Assembly (NCBI GenBank): GCA_965223855.1
Contig: CBDCXM010000009.1
Span: 1,696,001 to 1,760,000, forward strand
Direction: 5' to 3'
Origin: Candidatus Multivoradales bacterium
GTDB lineage: Bacteria; Acidobacteriota; Thermoanaerobaculia; Multivoradales; JAHEKO01
DNA: 64,000 nt
In this document: piece by piece, positions 1 through 10,073 of the stretch
How the letters are laid out: each line of letters starts with the position of its first letter
Numbering within the stretch: the stretch's first letter is position 1
The notes under the pieces: generated by a model
What the model was told of the DNA's origin: nothing
Database searches by the model: none
The model's input: the letters and a program-made list of their open reading frames with translations, nothing else
Made by a program: the position numbers and the translations under genes

Positions 1-246
1 CACGAGGTGCTCGGCGACCTCGCCGACCGACCACTTGCCCTCGGCGGGCGCAGTGCTCCAGTCGTCGCCGCTCGACAGTGCCGTGAGCTCTTCGAACTGG
101 CGGCGGGACTCCTCGAGGAGGCCGACGAGCTCGGCCCGCTCTTCGGAGGAGAGGTGCGGTTCGGCGGTCGCGGCTTCGGTGGCCCCGAGGGGGAGCGCCG
201 CGGCGACGGCGGCGACGAGCAGGCAGGGAAGGATCAGACGACGCAT
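1..246 (-). CDS. DinB-family protein with signal peptide (partial, runs off window start)
   Basis: Own translation from ATG at 246: MRRLILPCLLVAAVAAALPLGA...DWSTAPAEGKWSVGEVAEHLV. Hydrophobic N-terminus, DinB-like WSxxExxxHL motif, upstream AAGGAG RBS. Not in the ORF track. Confidence 0.75.
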   Translation of the reverse strand, partial: MRRLILPCLLVAAVAAALPLGATEAATAEPHLSSEERAELVGLLEESRRQFEELTALSSGDDWSTAPAEGKWSVGEVAEHLV

Positions 247-313
247 GAAGGGTCTCCTTGGTAGGGGGGTTGCGAGCGGTGAATGCGGAGGAAGAGCGGG
301 CCAGCCGAGCCGC

Positions 314-763
314 TCAGCCGAGCCGCTCCGCCAGGTGGTCGAGCTGCTTTCCCCACCCCTCCGTCATTCCGGCGACGACATCTTCCGGAACCGGTCCGAA
401 GGCGGCGTGGACGAGCCGCAGCAGGGTACCGCCTTCGGTCGGCTCGAGCCGGTACTGGACGTTGTTGACGACCGGCAGCGACATGAAGAGCGGGCCGGTG
501 AGTTCGAGCAGATCGGGATGGCGGATCGCCTGTACGTGCGCCCAGTGGTGCCCTTGACCGTCGCCGAGATCGCGGTACCAGCGACCGCCGGGGAACGCTT
601 CGAGCTTCATCGACAGCGGCCTGAAGTCGGGGTCGGTCGCTTCGGGCCCGAGCTCGGCCAGCAGGGCCTCGAAGACGGCTTCGATCGGCGCGGCGAACGA
701 GCGGTCGAGCTCGATGCGAATCTGAAGGTCGGAGTCGGTCGGTGCAGTAGCAGTGGTCATCAT
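314..763 (-). CDS. SRPBCC/AHSA1-like domain protein
   Basis: MMTTAT...IELDRSFAAPIEAVFEAL...GGTLLRLVH...MTEGWGKQLDHLAERL; translationally coupled to the upstream ArsR gene. Confidence 0.85.
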   Translation of the reverse strand: MMTTATAPTDSDLQIRIELDRSFAAPIEAVFEALLAELGPEATDPDFRPLSMKLEAFPGGRWYRDLGDGQGHHWAHVQAIRHPDLLELTGPLFMSLPVVNNVQYRLEPTEGGTLLRLVHAAFGPVPEDVVAGMTEGWGKQLDHLAERLG

Positions 764-1128
764 CGGTCTCCTTGTGTGGGGTTGCTCCTGGCCGCCCCTT
801 CTCGGTCGGTCTCGCCCGCGAGGCGGCGCTCGATCGAGTCGAGCTGGTGGTTCCAGAACCGCTCGAAGCCGGCGACCCAGTCGGCGACGGGTCGCAGCGC
901 ATCGAGGTCGGCGGAGTAGAGGCGCTGCCGGCCGTCGCGGCGGACCCTCACCAGATTCGCCTCCCGCAGCACCCTGAGGTGCTTGGAGGCCGACGGCTGG
1001 CTGATGTCGAGCCGCGCGACGACTTCGTTCACCGGGCACTCGCGCTCGGACACGAGTTCGAGAATCGCGCGCCGGTGGGCGCCGGCGATCGCGTGGAAGG
1101 CGTCGGAGCTGGCGGCGAGGGCAGGCAT
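760..1128 (-). CDS. ArsR/SmtB family transcriptional regulator
   Basis: DAFHAIAGAHRRAILELV...ISQPSASKHLRVLREANLVRVRRDGRQRLY...FERFWNHQLDSI. Start set at MPAL (1128) because the promoter lies immediately upstream. Confidence 0.9.
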   Translation of the reverse strand: MPALAASSDAFHAIAGAHRRAILELVSERECPVNEVVARLDISQPSASKHLRVLREANLVRVRRDGRQRLYSADLDALRPVADWVAGFERFWNHQLDSIERRLAGETDREGAARSNPTQGDR

Positions 1129-1135
1129 GAATGCC

Positions 1136-1163
1136 ATTATATGCCGTATACGGAATGTGTCAA
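1136..1163 (-). promoter_or_regulatory. Consensus sigma70 promoter TTGACA-N16-TATAAT with palindromic operator CCGTATACGG (1144-1153)
   Basis: Minus strand reads TTGACA cattccgtatacggca TATAAT ggcattc ATG. Confidence 0.85.
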
Positions 1164-1295
1164 GAGGGATGCGGTTGGCGGAAGATAGGAGTGCGATGAC
1201 GAGGGAAGTCGAAGGACTGGAGGGCAGATGCGCAGCCGGGTCGGGCCGGGAGTCGACTGCTCGAGGCAGGTTGGTGTCGTGAGGGCCGATCCCGG

Positions 1296-1682
1296 ATGAG
1301 GAGCATGCTGCCCGCCGCTCTCGGCGTCGCTGCGCTCGGCCTGCTGGTGACGCAGGTCGTGCCGGGTCGCCTCGGCGAAGGGGCGTTCGTCGTCCTGGCC
1401 GCCGCGGTGCCGGTGTTGCTGATGCTGCTCGGAGTCGGTCGGCGTCGGGTGCCGGCCGGTCTCCTCCTCGGCCTCGGTGCGTTGCTCTTCGTCCTGGCCG
1501 GCTCGCTGCTCGTGCTCTGGTGGCCGGGAAGAGAGACCCTCCCGCCCGCGCGAGTGCTGCTGGTGATGGGCGGCGGACTGCTCGCGGTGCCACTGCTTCT
1601 CTCCGGCTGGCTCCACGGGCGCTACTTCGAGCCCTCGGAGCCCTCGGAGCGCGGCGGACGGCACGGGAAGGCAGGCCGGTGA
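1296..1682 (+). CDS. Small multi-pass membrane protein coupled to the symporter
   Basis: About four hydrophobic segments; its stop overlaps the GTG start of the SSS gene (GTGA). Confidence 0.6.
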   Translation: MRSMLPAALGVAALGLLVTQVVPGRLGEGAFVVLAAAVPVLLMLLGVGRRRVPAGLLLGLGALLFVLAGSLLVLWWPGRETLPPARVLLVMGGGLLAVPLLLSGWLHGRYFEPSEPSERGGRHGKAGR

Positions 1683-3187
1683 CCGGCGGCCAGCTCCAAC
1701 CCTGGGCGCTCGCCTTCGGCGCCCTGACGCTGGTGGCGATGCTCGCCCTCGGAGCCTGGGCGGCGGGCCGGACGCGCGACCTGCGCGACTTCTACGTCGC
1801 CGGGCAGTCGCTCGGGCTCGCGGTGACGGCGCTCGGCACCATGTCGGCCGCCTTCAGCGGGTTCGTCTTTCTCGGCGGTCCGGGGCTCACCTACCGGATG
1901 GGCGTCGCCGCGCTCTTCATCTGCCTGCCTCTCGGCTTCACCGGGGCGATGCTGTGCTGGGTCCTCGCGGGGCGGCTGCGTCGACTCGCGGCGGCGAGGG
2001 AGGTGTTCACCGTTCCCGATGCGCTGCTGGCGCGCTTCGACAGCCGGGCGGTCTCCGGTGCCGCGGCGGTGGCGGTGCTCGTCGGAACCCTCGCCTACCT
2101 CGGAGCCCAGCTTCAGGCGCTCGCGCTCGTCGTCGAGGCGGTCTTCGGTCTGCGTGAGCTGGCCGGAGAGGGGGCGCCGCTCCTCGCGATGGCGCTCGGC
2201 CTCGCCGTCGTCCTCGCCTACTCCGTGGCCGGCGGCATGGTCGCGGGAGCGTGGACCGACGCCGTCCAGGGGTTCCTGATGATGGTCGCGGCGGTTGCGG
2301 TCTTCGCCGTCGCCCTGGGGCGCGGCGGCGGAGTCTCCGGGATCGTCGAGGCGGTGACGGCGAGCCCCGACTTCGGTCCCGGCTTCTTCGACCCGTTCGC
2401 CACCGCTCCGGTACTCACCGTCGCCGGCTTCTTCCTCGTCTTCGGTGTCGGCACCCTCGGCCAGCCGCACATGCTGCACAAGTTCTACATGCTGGACGAC
2501 GTCCGCAAGCTGCGCTGGATGCCGCTCGCCCTCGGCGGCAGCCAGCTCATCTGCGTGCTCGTGTGGCTCGGCATCGGGCTCGCGGTGCCGGCCCTCGTGG
2601 CCTCGGGCGCGATGGAGGCGCTGACCAACCCGGACGAGGCTGCGCCCCGATTCCTGCTCGAGCAGGTGCCGCCGTGGCTCGCGGGTTTCGTGTTCGCCGG
2701 TGTGCTGGCGGCGGTGATGTCGACCGCCGACTCCTTCCTCAACGTTGCCGCGGCGGCGCTGGTGCGCGATCTGCCCGTGGCGCTCGGTCGTCGCCCCCCG
2801 GTCGGACTGGCCACCAGCCGGGCGGCCGTGGTCGCGGTCGGGATCGGCGCGGCGCTCTTCTCGCTCGGCTATCGCGACCTCATCGCGCTGCTGGGCACCT
2901 TCGCCTTCGGCATGTTCGGCGCGGCGCTCGCTCCGGTGCTGGCGGTCGGCTTCAACTGGCGGCGGGTGAGCGCCGCTGCCGCCCTCGCCTCGATCGTCAC
3001 CGGCACGACGGTTCACCTCGGTCTCGAGGCGTGGCGCCGCATCGAGGGGCTGCCACCGCTGCCGCTCGCGCCCGGCGCGTTGACCGGGACCGTGTCGTTC
3101 GCCGCTTCGCTGGCGGTGTTGTTGATCGTGAGCGGCTTGAGCGGGCCGCAGCCGCTCGATCCCGACCTCGAAGAGATTGTCGGGTGA
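1679..3187 (+). CDS. Sodium:solute symporter family protein (PutP/PanF-like)
   Basis: DFYVAGQSLG, SGFVFLGGPG, YSVAGGMVAGAWTDAVQG, GQPHMLHKFY, AAVMSTADS motifs; about 13 TM segments. Confidence 0.9.
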   Translation: MTGGQLQPWALAFGALTLVAMLALGAWAAGRTRDLRDFYVAGQSLGLAVTALGTMSAAFSGFVFLGGPGLTYRMGVAALFICLPLGFTGAMLCWVLAGRLRRLAAAREVFTVPDALLARFDSRAVSGAAAVAVLVGTLAYLGAQLQALALVVEAVFGLRELAGEGAPLLAMALGLAVVLAYSVAGGMVAGAWTDAVQGFLMMVAAVAVFAVALGRGGGVSGIVEAVTASPDFGPGFFDPFATAPVLTVAGFFLVFGVGTLGQPHMLHKFYMLDDVRKLRWMPLALGGSQLICVLVWLGIGLAVPALVASGAMEALTNPDEAAPRFLLEQVPPWLAGFVFAGVLAAVMSTADSFLNVAAAALVRDLPVALGRRPPVGLATSRAAVVAVGIGAALFSLGYRDLIALLGTFAFGMFGAALAPVLAVGFNWRRVSAAAALASIVTGTTVHLGLEAWRRIEGLPPLPLAPGALTGTVSFAASLAVLLIVSGLSGPQPLDPDLEEIVG

Positions 3188-3238
3188 GTCGTCAGTTCGG
3201 CTGGGCGCGCAACAGCTCCCGGTGCCTGGTGAAGAACC

Positions 3239-6200
3239 CTAGGCGGTAGCCGGTTCCTCCTCGCTGCCGGCGCGGGCGGCGAGCCGGGCCCGGAACTTCT
3301 CCCGCATCTCGAGGACCAGCGAGAAGAGGGCCGGCACGAGGAAGAGGGTGAAGGCGGTCGAGACGGCGAGGCCGCCGACGACGACCGAGCCGAGACCGCG
3401 GTAGAGCTCGGAGCCCGCCCCGGGGAAGAGCACCAGCGGCAGCATGCCGCAAAGACTGGTCGAGACGCTCATGAAGATCGGGCGGATGCGGGTGCGGGTC
3501 GACTCGCGGATCGCCGGCGTCGGTTCCATGTCGTCCTCGCGCATGTGGTTGAGCGCCTGGTGGACGATCAGGATGGCGTTGTTGACGACGGTGCCGATGA
3601 GGATGATGAAGCCGAGCATTGTCAGCACGTCGAGCGCCTGGTAGCTGAAGAGGTTCAGCACCCCGAGGCCGAGGAAGCCGCCGAGCGCCGCCAGCGGCAC
3701 ACTGAAGAGGATCACGAACGGGTAGAGGAAGCTCTCGAAGAGCGCCGCGATCAGCAGATAGGTGATGACGATCGCCAGCAGCAGGTTCCACTGGAGCGCC
3801 CGCCGCGTCTGGGTCAGCTTGTCGGCGCTTCCCGAGTAGGTCACCCGGTAGAGCCCGCCGATGCGGCCGCCGTCGCGCATCGGCTGCAGGATCGCCGTGT
3901 CGATCGACTCCATCGCCGATTGCAGCGGGATCTCGTCGGGCGGCGTCACCTGGATGGTGATCGTCCGCTCGCGCTCGCGATGGTCGATCTGTACCGGGCC
4001 GTTGACGAGCTCGACCTGTGCCACCGAGCCGAGCGTCACGACCTCGCCGCCGGGAGTGGCGATCGGCATCTGCTCGAGCAGGTGAGTGCGCTGGTCGAAG
4101 GTCGTGTCCGCCTTCAGGACGAGATCGATCTCGCGGCCCTGATGCTGGTAGTCGGTCGCCTTGGCGCCGTCGATGAGGGCGTTGACGACGTAGCCGAGCT
4201 CGCGGTTGGAGATGCCGAGCGCGGAGGCGCGCCGGCGGTCGGTCTGGACGCGGATCTCCGGGTTGCCGAGGTCGAGCCCGGGGATCGGGATCGCCTGAGC
4301 GCCGGGCAGCACCTGCTGGATCTTCCCCATCACCTCGCCACCGAGGCCGATCAGCCGGGTGAGGTCGGGGCCCGTGATCTCGACGTCGATGTTGCGGCCT
4401 TCACCGAATCCGCTCGAGAAGATCGACGACTGCGAGACGAAGGCGATCGTCCCCTGCAGGTTGCCGTTGACCTGCTGGATCGCATCGACCAGCTCGCGCG
4501 CTCTGAGCGGGTCGGTGGCGCGCGCCCCCATGAACGCCTGGTTGGCGAAGACGCCGAAGAAGAAATGATCGATGCCTCCTCCGGGGAGTGCCTCGGCCTC
4601 GGCACCCGTCGCTTCCCACAACGGGCTGAGTTCGCGGTCGTAGATGTCGTTGAACGCCGCGACGGTGTCGATGTTGTAGCCCGGTGGCGGCAGGGCGAAG
4701 CCGAAGACGAAGTTCATGTTCCCGAGTGGCAGGTACTCCGCCTTCGGCACCAGCAGGATCGACAGCAGGATCGCGCCCAGCGTGAAGCCGAGCACCACCG
4801 CGACGCGGCGCCCGGTGGTCGAACAGATCCATTCGACCCGGTCGGCGATCCACTGCGCGACGCGTGCGAACTTCGGCGCCCACCCCCAGAGATTGGCGAA
4901 GCCGCCGTTGCCGCTCGGCTTGCGGTCGGCGGCGTCGAGCATCTTGGCCGACAGGCTCGGAATGACGGTGATCGCCACGACCAGGCTGAGGCCGACGCCG
5001 CAGCTGATGGCGATCGCGATGTCGCGGAAGAGCTGCCCCGCCTCCTCCTGCACGAAGAGGATCGGCACGAAGACGGCGATCGTCGTCAGCGTGCTGGCGA
5101 GCACCGCCCCCCAGACTTCGCGCGCACCGTCGAAGGCGGCGTCGAAGCGCCGCTTGCCCATCTGCCGGTGGCGGTAGATGTTCTCCAGGACGACGATCGA
5201 ATTGTCGACCACCATGCCGACGGCGAACGCCAGACCAGCCAGCGAGATGACGTTGAGGGTACGGCCCAACGCGTTCATGGCGAGGAACGAGCCGATGATC
5301 GAAATCGGGATCGCCGCCGCGACGATGAAGGTGCTGGTGCGGCTGCGCAGGAAGAGCAGCAGCGCGGTGATCGCCAGAATGCCGCCGAGGACGAGGCTCT
5401 GGCGCACCAGCCCGATCGCGCTGTAGACGTAGTCGGTCTCGTCGTACGCCTGGGTGAGGCGAAGGCCCCGGTCGGCGAGCAGCTCGTCGTTGAGATCGGC
5501 GACCGTCGCCTTGACGCCGCGCATGGTGTCGAGGACGTTCGCCCCCGGCTCCTTGATCGCGTTGACGGCGATCATCTCCTCGCCGCGGTAGAAGATCTTT
5601 GCCCCCGGCTTCCGGTACCCGAGCTCCACCTTCGCCAGGTCGCGCAGATAGAGCGGGACGCCGCCGCGCACGGCGACCACGAGGCTCTCGATCGACTCCG
5701 GCGAGTTGAACTCGCCCACGGTGCGCACGACGTAGCGCCGCTTGCCCTCGGCGAAGTCGCCGCCGGAGAAATTGCGGTTCTCGCGGTCGAGTGCCGCGGC
5801 GAGCTCGTTGACGGTGACGCGGTGGGTCGCGAGCGCCGCCGGGTCGAAGATCACCTGCATCTCGCGTTCGCGGCCGCCGAAGAAACCCGACTGAGCGACC
5901 CCCGGGACCCGTTCGATCGCCGGCTTGATGTGGTCGTCGACGAAGTTGTGGAGTTTCCAGATGTCGTCTTCGTAGGGCTCCTCGCCGTGCGGTTGGAGGA
6001 TGAACCAGGCGATGGCGCTCCGGTTGGGGTCGGAGGTGAAGAGCACCGGCTTCTGAGCGTCGTCCGGGTACGACGGCACCTGCTCGAGCCGGTTGGAGAC
6101 CTTGAGCAGGTTGGCGTTCTTGTCGCTGCCGACGGCGAAGGTGAGAGTGATGGTGCCCGACGAGTCGGAGCTCGAACTCTGCATCTTCACCAGCCCGTCG

Positions 6201-6421
6201 AGCCCCTTGAGCTGCTCCTCCTGCTCGTCGATGATCTCGCGCTCGATCTCCACCGGGCTGGCGCCGGGCCAGATCGTCTGCACCGTGACGAGCGGTTCCT
6301 CGACGGTCGGGGTGAGCTGGACCGGAATGCCGAGCACGGCGAGCACGCCGAAGAGCACCAGCAGGATCACCCCGACAGCGGTCTTGACGGGGGAGCGAAT
6401 CGCGGTTTCGATGAGCGTCAT
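3239..6421 (-). CDS. RND efflux transporter permease (AcrB/AcrD/AcrF family)
   Basis: 1060 aa with GMVVDNSIVVLENI, GTVVNNAIL and RIRPIFMS motifs. Confidence 0.95.
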   Translation of the reverse strand: MTLIETAIRSPVKTAVGVILLVLFGVLAVLGIPVQLTPTVEEPLVTVQTIWPGASPVEIEREIIDEQEEQLKGLDGLVKMQSSSSDSSGTITLTFAVGSDKNANLLKVSNRLEQVPSYPDDAQKPVLFTSDPNRSAIAWFILQPHGEEPYEDDIWKLHNFVDDHIKPAIERVPGVAQSGFFGGREREMQVIFDPAALATHRVTVNELAAALDRENRNFSGGDFAEGKRRYVVRTVGEFNSPESIESLVVAVRGGVPLYLRDLAKVELGYRKPGAKIFYRGEEMIAVNAIKEPGANVLDTMRGVKATVADLNDELLADRGLRLTQAYDETDYVYSAIGLVRQSLVLGGILAITALLLFLRSRTSTFIVAAAIPISIIGSFLAMNALGRTLNVISLAGLAFAVGMVVDNSIVVLENIYRHRQMGKRRFDAAFDGAREVWGAVLASTLTTIAVFVPILFVQEEAGQLFRDIAIAISCGVGLSLVVAITVIPSLSAKMLDAADRKPSGNGGFANLWGWAPKFARVAQWIADRVEWICSTTGRRVAVVLGFTLGAILLSILLVPKAEYLPLGNMNFVFGFALPPPGYNIDTVAAFNDIYDRELSPLWEATGAEAEALPGGGIDHFFFGVFANQAFMGARATDPLRARELVDAIQQVNGNLQGTIAFVSQSSIFSSGFGEGRNIDVEITGPDLTRLIGLGGEVMGKIQQVLPGAQAIPIPGLDLGNPEIRVQTDRRRASALGISNRELGYVVNALIDGAKATDYQHQGREIDLVLKADTTFDQRTHLLEQMPIATPGGEVVTLGSVAQVELVNGPVQIDHRERERTITIQVTPPDEIPLQSAMESIDTAILQPMRDGGRIGGLYRVTYSGSADKLTQTRRALQWNLLLAIVITYLLIAALFESFLYPFVILFSVPLAALGGFLGLGVLNLFSYQALDVLTMLGFIILIGTVVNNAILIVHQALNHMREDDMEPTPAIRESTRTRIRPIFMSVSTSLCGMLPLVLFPGAGSELYRGLGSVVVGGLAVSTAFTLFLVPALFSLVLEMREKFRARLAARAGSEEEPATA

Positions 6422-6428
6422 CGCGACC

Positions 6429-7542
6429 TCACGGGACGGTGTAGTCGATCGGTTCGGTGAGCACCGGAGCGCCGGGCATCAGCCGCTCGTTGCCGCGGGT
6501 GATGACCGTGTCGCCCGGGGCCACGCCCGCCGCCTCCACCCAGTCGTCGACTGCCGCGCCGAGCTCCACCGGAACCGGGTTGGCGACCTTCGTCGGGTTG
6601 CCCTCGGCGTCGGGCGGGCCGTCCTCGACCCGGTAGACGAGGCGCGCCGCTCCCTGGCTGACGACGGCGTCCTTGGGGACGATCGTCGCCACCCTGGCGC
6701 TGCCGCTCGGGAAGGAGACGACGGCGCTCATCCCGAGGCCGATCGCTTCGTCGGGATCGACGATTCCGACCTTGACGGGGAAGGTGCGCGCCTGTTCGTC
6801 CGCTTTCGGGATGACGGCGACGACCTGTCCTTCGAAGTCGCGCGACGGCAGCGAGTCGAGGCGCACCCGAGCCGCGGTGCCGGTGCGCGCCCCGGCGAAG
6901 TACTGCTCCGGCACGCTGACGACGACGCCGAGCGAGCGCGGGTCGAACATCTCGACCACGCCGCCGCCGGCCGCGACCCACTCGCCGACGTCGCACAGTT
7001 CGCGCACGACGATGCCGGAGAAGGGGGCCCGGATCACCGACCGCCGGACCTGCGTTTCGAGCCGGGCAATGAGCGCCCGCGCTTGATCGACCCGCCCCTG
7101 CCAGGCGCCCTCTTCGGACTCCGCGTCGTCGAACTGCTGGCGCGAGATCACCCCGGACTCGTGGAGCTCGCGGGCGCGGGTACGACTGCGTCGGGCGAGC
7201 TCGAGTCGCGCCTCCGCCTCGGCGAGCTGTCCCTCGGCCGCCTCGAGGTCGCGCTCCAGCGTCTCACGGCGCAGCCGTGCCAGCGTCGCGCCGCGCTTGA
7301 CGGGCGACCCCTCGCGTGCCCGAAGCTCGGCCACCACCCCCGACTCCTCGCTGGCGACGACGGCGTGGGTCTCGGCCTCGACGTTGCCGGCCAGCCGGAC
7401 GAGTGGTTGCACCTCGGCCTGAGCGGCCGCCGTCACGCCGACTCTCGTGGGACCGAAGCCCTGGCTCCAGGCAGGGCTGCAGACAGCCGCCGCCAGACGA
7501 GACTGCGGCGGCAAAGAAGGTACGTGCAGGCAATCGGTGCAT
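6429..7542 (-). CDS. RND efflux periplasmic adaptor (MFP); apparent frameshift in the signal region near 7500
   Basis: Lipoyl/hairpin MFP pattern (VASEESGVVAEL, IRAPFSGIV, IVPKDAVV). The signal peptide MHRLPARTFFAAAVS... is in a different frame from ...LAAAVCSPAWSQ. Confidence 0.85.
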
Positions 7543-7672
7543 CGGTTCAGATCTCCGTTGAGGCGAAAATAAGGCGCAACTCATCTTGTCATCGCTCACC
7601 GGGTTTCGCCAGCCCCTGGAAGGTGGGTACGCAGCGGCTCCGGGAGAGTTTCCGCTTGACCGTCTGTGCAGA

Positions 7673-7696
7673 ATATGTGACCATTGAGTCACATAT
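7673..7696. promoter_or_regulatory. Perfect inverted repeat ATATGTGAC-N6-GTCACATAT, probable ArsR operator
   Basis: AT-rich palindrome in the divergent intergenic region between the RND operon and the second ArsR gene. Confidence 0.75.
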
Positions 7697-7802
7697 AGGG
7701 CAAGGTGACAGGCAGGACGACAACGCAGGACGACAGAGCAGGACCGCAGCGCCGCCGCAGGCAGCAGACCGATGAAGCCGGATGACGAGCAGAGCCGCCA
7801 GG

Positions 7803-8141
7803 ATGAGTAAGGCCGACGACAGGGACGACCTGTTGTGGCGGGCGCTTGCCGATCCGACCCGTCGGCGCCTGCTCGACCTGCTGCGGGAGGGGTCGCGAAC
7901 GATGGGTGAGCTGGCGAGTCACTTCGAGGTCACCCGCTTCGCAGTTCGCAAGCACCTGCTCGTGCTCGAGTCGGCAGGCCTCGTCGTCATCACACAACGC
8001 GGCCGGGAGCGGGTGCACACCCTCAACCCGGTACCGATTCAACAGATCTATCGACGATGGATCCGCCCGTTCGAGGCGGTGCCGGCAGACCGCCTGCTGC
8101 GGCTGCGCGACCTCGTCGAACCACAGGGAGAGACAGCATGA
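7803..8141 (+). CDS. ArsR family transcriptional regulator
   Basis: LWRALADPTRRRLLDLLREG...TRFAVRKHLLVLESAGLV...GRERVHTLNPVPIQQIYRRW. Confidence 0.9.
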   Translation: MSKADDRDDLLWRALADPTRRRLLDLLREGSRTMGELASHFEVTRFAVRKHLLVLESAGLVVITQRGRERVHTLNPVPIQQIYRRWIRPFEAVPADRLLRLRDLVEPQGETA

Positions 8142-8624
8142 CCGACACCTTCGATGCCAGGGGCACCACCTACGTTCTGGAACTCGAGATCGAGAGCGAG
8201 CCGCGAGGCGGTATGGGACGCGCTCACCTCGAAGATCGGCGACTGGTGGCCGCAGGAGTTCTTCGCCGGCGGCGAGGCCGGGAGCCGCAGCTTCGCCCTC
8301 GACGCGACGCCCGGCGGGCATATGACGGAGCGCTGGGACGGGGGCGGCGGCCTCCTGTGGGGTACGGTCGTGACCGTGAGGCCCGGCCGCCAGCTGCAGC
8401 TGACGGCAGTCTCTTTTCCCGAGTGGGGTGGGCCGGCGACGACGCTCCTGTCCTACGACCTCGAGGACGCAGGCGAAGGGACGTCGCTGCGCTTCGCCGA
8501 GTCGACCCTCGGCCGGGTGAGCGACGACACCCAGAGCGAGAAGGACAAGGGTTGGCGCTTCCTCTACGACGGCGTGATGCGCGCCTTCGTCGAAGGCGGC
8601 GTGCCGCCGGCCTGGGAGGGCTGA
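8138..8624 (+). CDS. SRPBCC domain protein (apparent 1-nt frameshift near 8195)
   Basis: MTDTFDARGTTYVLELEIE continues in another frame as ASREAVWDALTSKIGDWW...KGWRFLYDG; removing one A restores LEIEASREAVW. Confidence 0.75.
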
Positions 8625-8768
8625 TCTTTCGCGGCTGCGGTAGCTCCACTCGGCTCCCGCTCGTGGTCCGGGGGCCGGGTGCGAAGGCGCCTGCTGAATG
8701 GAGTCAGCGTGTAGGCTTGGCGCTCCGGTCGGCACTGCGGCCGCCGGGGCGACGAGGGAGGCGCGACC

Positions 8769-10046
8769 GTGGCGGAGGCCGGCAAGGAGGGTAGGCGCAA
8801 GGCGGCGATGGCGTTCATCCTCGTCACCCTCTTCCTCGACATTCTGGGCATTGGCCTCATCATCCCGGTGCTGCCGGCACTGGTGCGCGAGTTCGTCGGC
8901 GGCAACAGCTCGGACGCGGGGCTCTACTACGGCATCATCGGCGCCTCCTACGCGCTGATGCAGTTCCTCTGCGCCCCAGTCCTGGGAGCGCTCTCCGATC
9001 GCTTCGGGCGGCGGCCGATCCTGCTGGTGGCGCTCTTCGGGCTCGGCGTCGACTACCTGATTCAGGGCTTCGCTCCGTCGATCGGCTGGCTCTTCGTCGG
9101 GCGGATCTTCGCCGGCATCATGGGGGCGAGCTACACCACCGCCAACGCCTACGTCGCCGACGTCTCCACGCCGGAGAACCGTGCGCGCAACTACGGTCTG
9201 ATGGGCGTGATGTTCGGGGTCGGCTTCATCTTCGGCCCGGCCCTCGGCGGGGTGCTCGGCGGCATCCATCTGCGATTGCCGTTCTTCGTCGCCGCCGGCC
9301 TGGCGCTCGTCAACTGGCTTTACGGGTTCTTCATCCTCCCCGAGTCGCTGCCGGCGGAGAAACGCGGATCGTTCTCGTGGGGCAAGGCGAATCCGTGGGC
9401 AAGCATCCGCAACCTCGGCCGCTACCCGCTGGTCGCGGGGCTCGCGGTCGCCTTCGTCTTCATCGCCCTCGCGCAGCGGGGACTCGAGAACGTCTGGGTG
9501 CTCTACACGAGCTATCGCTACGGCTGGGGCGAGACCGCGAACGGACTCACCCTGGCGCTGGTCGGCTTGACGGTGGCGTTCGTGCAGGGGGTGCTCGTGC
9601 GCCCGTTCACGGCCAGGTTCGGCGAGCGCCGGACGGTGCTGATCGGCCTCACCGTCGGCATCCTCTCGTTCCTCGGCTACGGCTTCGCCTCCGAGGGGTG
9701 GATGCTCCTGACGGTGATCGTCATCGGCTCGATCGGCGGCGTCGCCGGCCCCTCGATCCAGTCGCTCGTCGCCGGTTCCGTGGAGCCTTCGGAGCAGGGG
9801 AAGGTGCAGGGCGCTCTGACCTCGCTCTTCAGCCTGACGGCGATCTTCGCACCGCTGATCTTCACTTCGGGGCTCTTCAGCTACTTCACGTCGCGGGCTG
9901 CGCCGATCGAACTGCCGGGCGCTCCCTTCTTCCTCGGCGCCGTGCTCTTTTTGCTCTCGCTCCTCGTGACGCGGCGGGTCTTCAGGCGCCTGCCGCCGAG
10001 GGAGGAGCGCGAAGCCAATCTCGAGGCGGCAGCGGGCGGGCGCTGA
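8769..10046 (+). CDS. MFS transporter, TetA/DHA1 (TCR/Tet) family
   Basis: Motif A GALSDRFGRRP, motif C GFIFGPALGGVLG, LPES, and EQGKVQGA. Confidence 0.93.
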   Translation: MAEAGKEGRRKAAMAFILVTLFLDILGIGLIIPVLPALVREFVGGNSSDAGLYYGIIGASYALMQFLCAPVLGALSDRFGRRPILLVALFGLGVDYLIQGFAPSIGWLFVGRIFAGIMGASYTTANAYVADVSTPENRARNYGLMGVMFGVGFIFGPALGGVLGGIHLRLPFFVAAGLALVNWLYGFFILPESLPAEKRGSFSWGKANPWASIRNLGRYPLVAGLAVAFVFIALAQRGLENVWVLYTSYRYGWGETANGLTLALVGLTVAFVQGVLVRPFTARFGERRTVLIGLTVGILSFLGYGFASEGWMLLTVIVIGSIGGVAGPSIQSLVAGSVEPSEQGKVQGALTSLFSLTAIFAPLIFTSGLFSYFTSRAAPIELPGAPFFLGAVLFLLSLLVTRRVFRRLPPREEREANLEAAAGGR

Positions 10047-10073
10047 ACGGAAGGCTCGCCTAGCGCGGACCGG

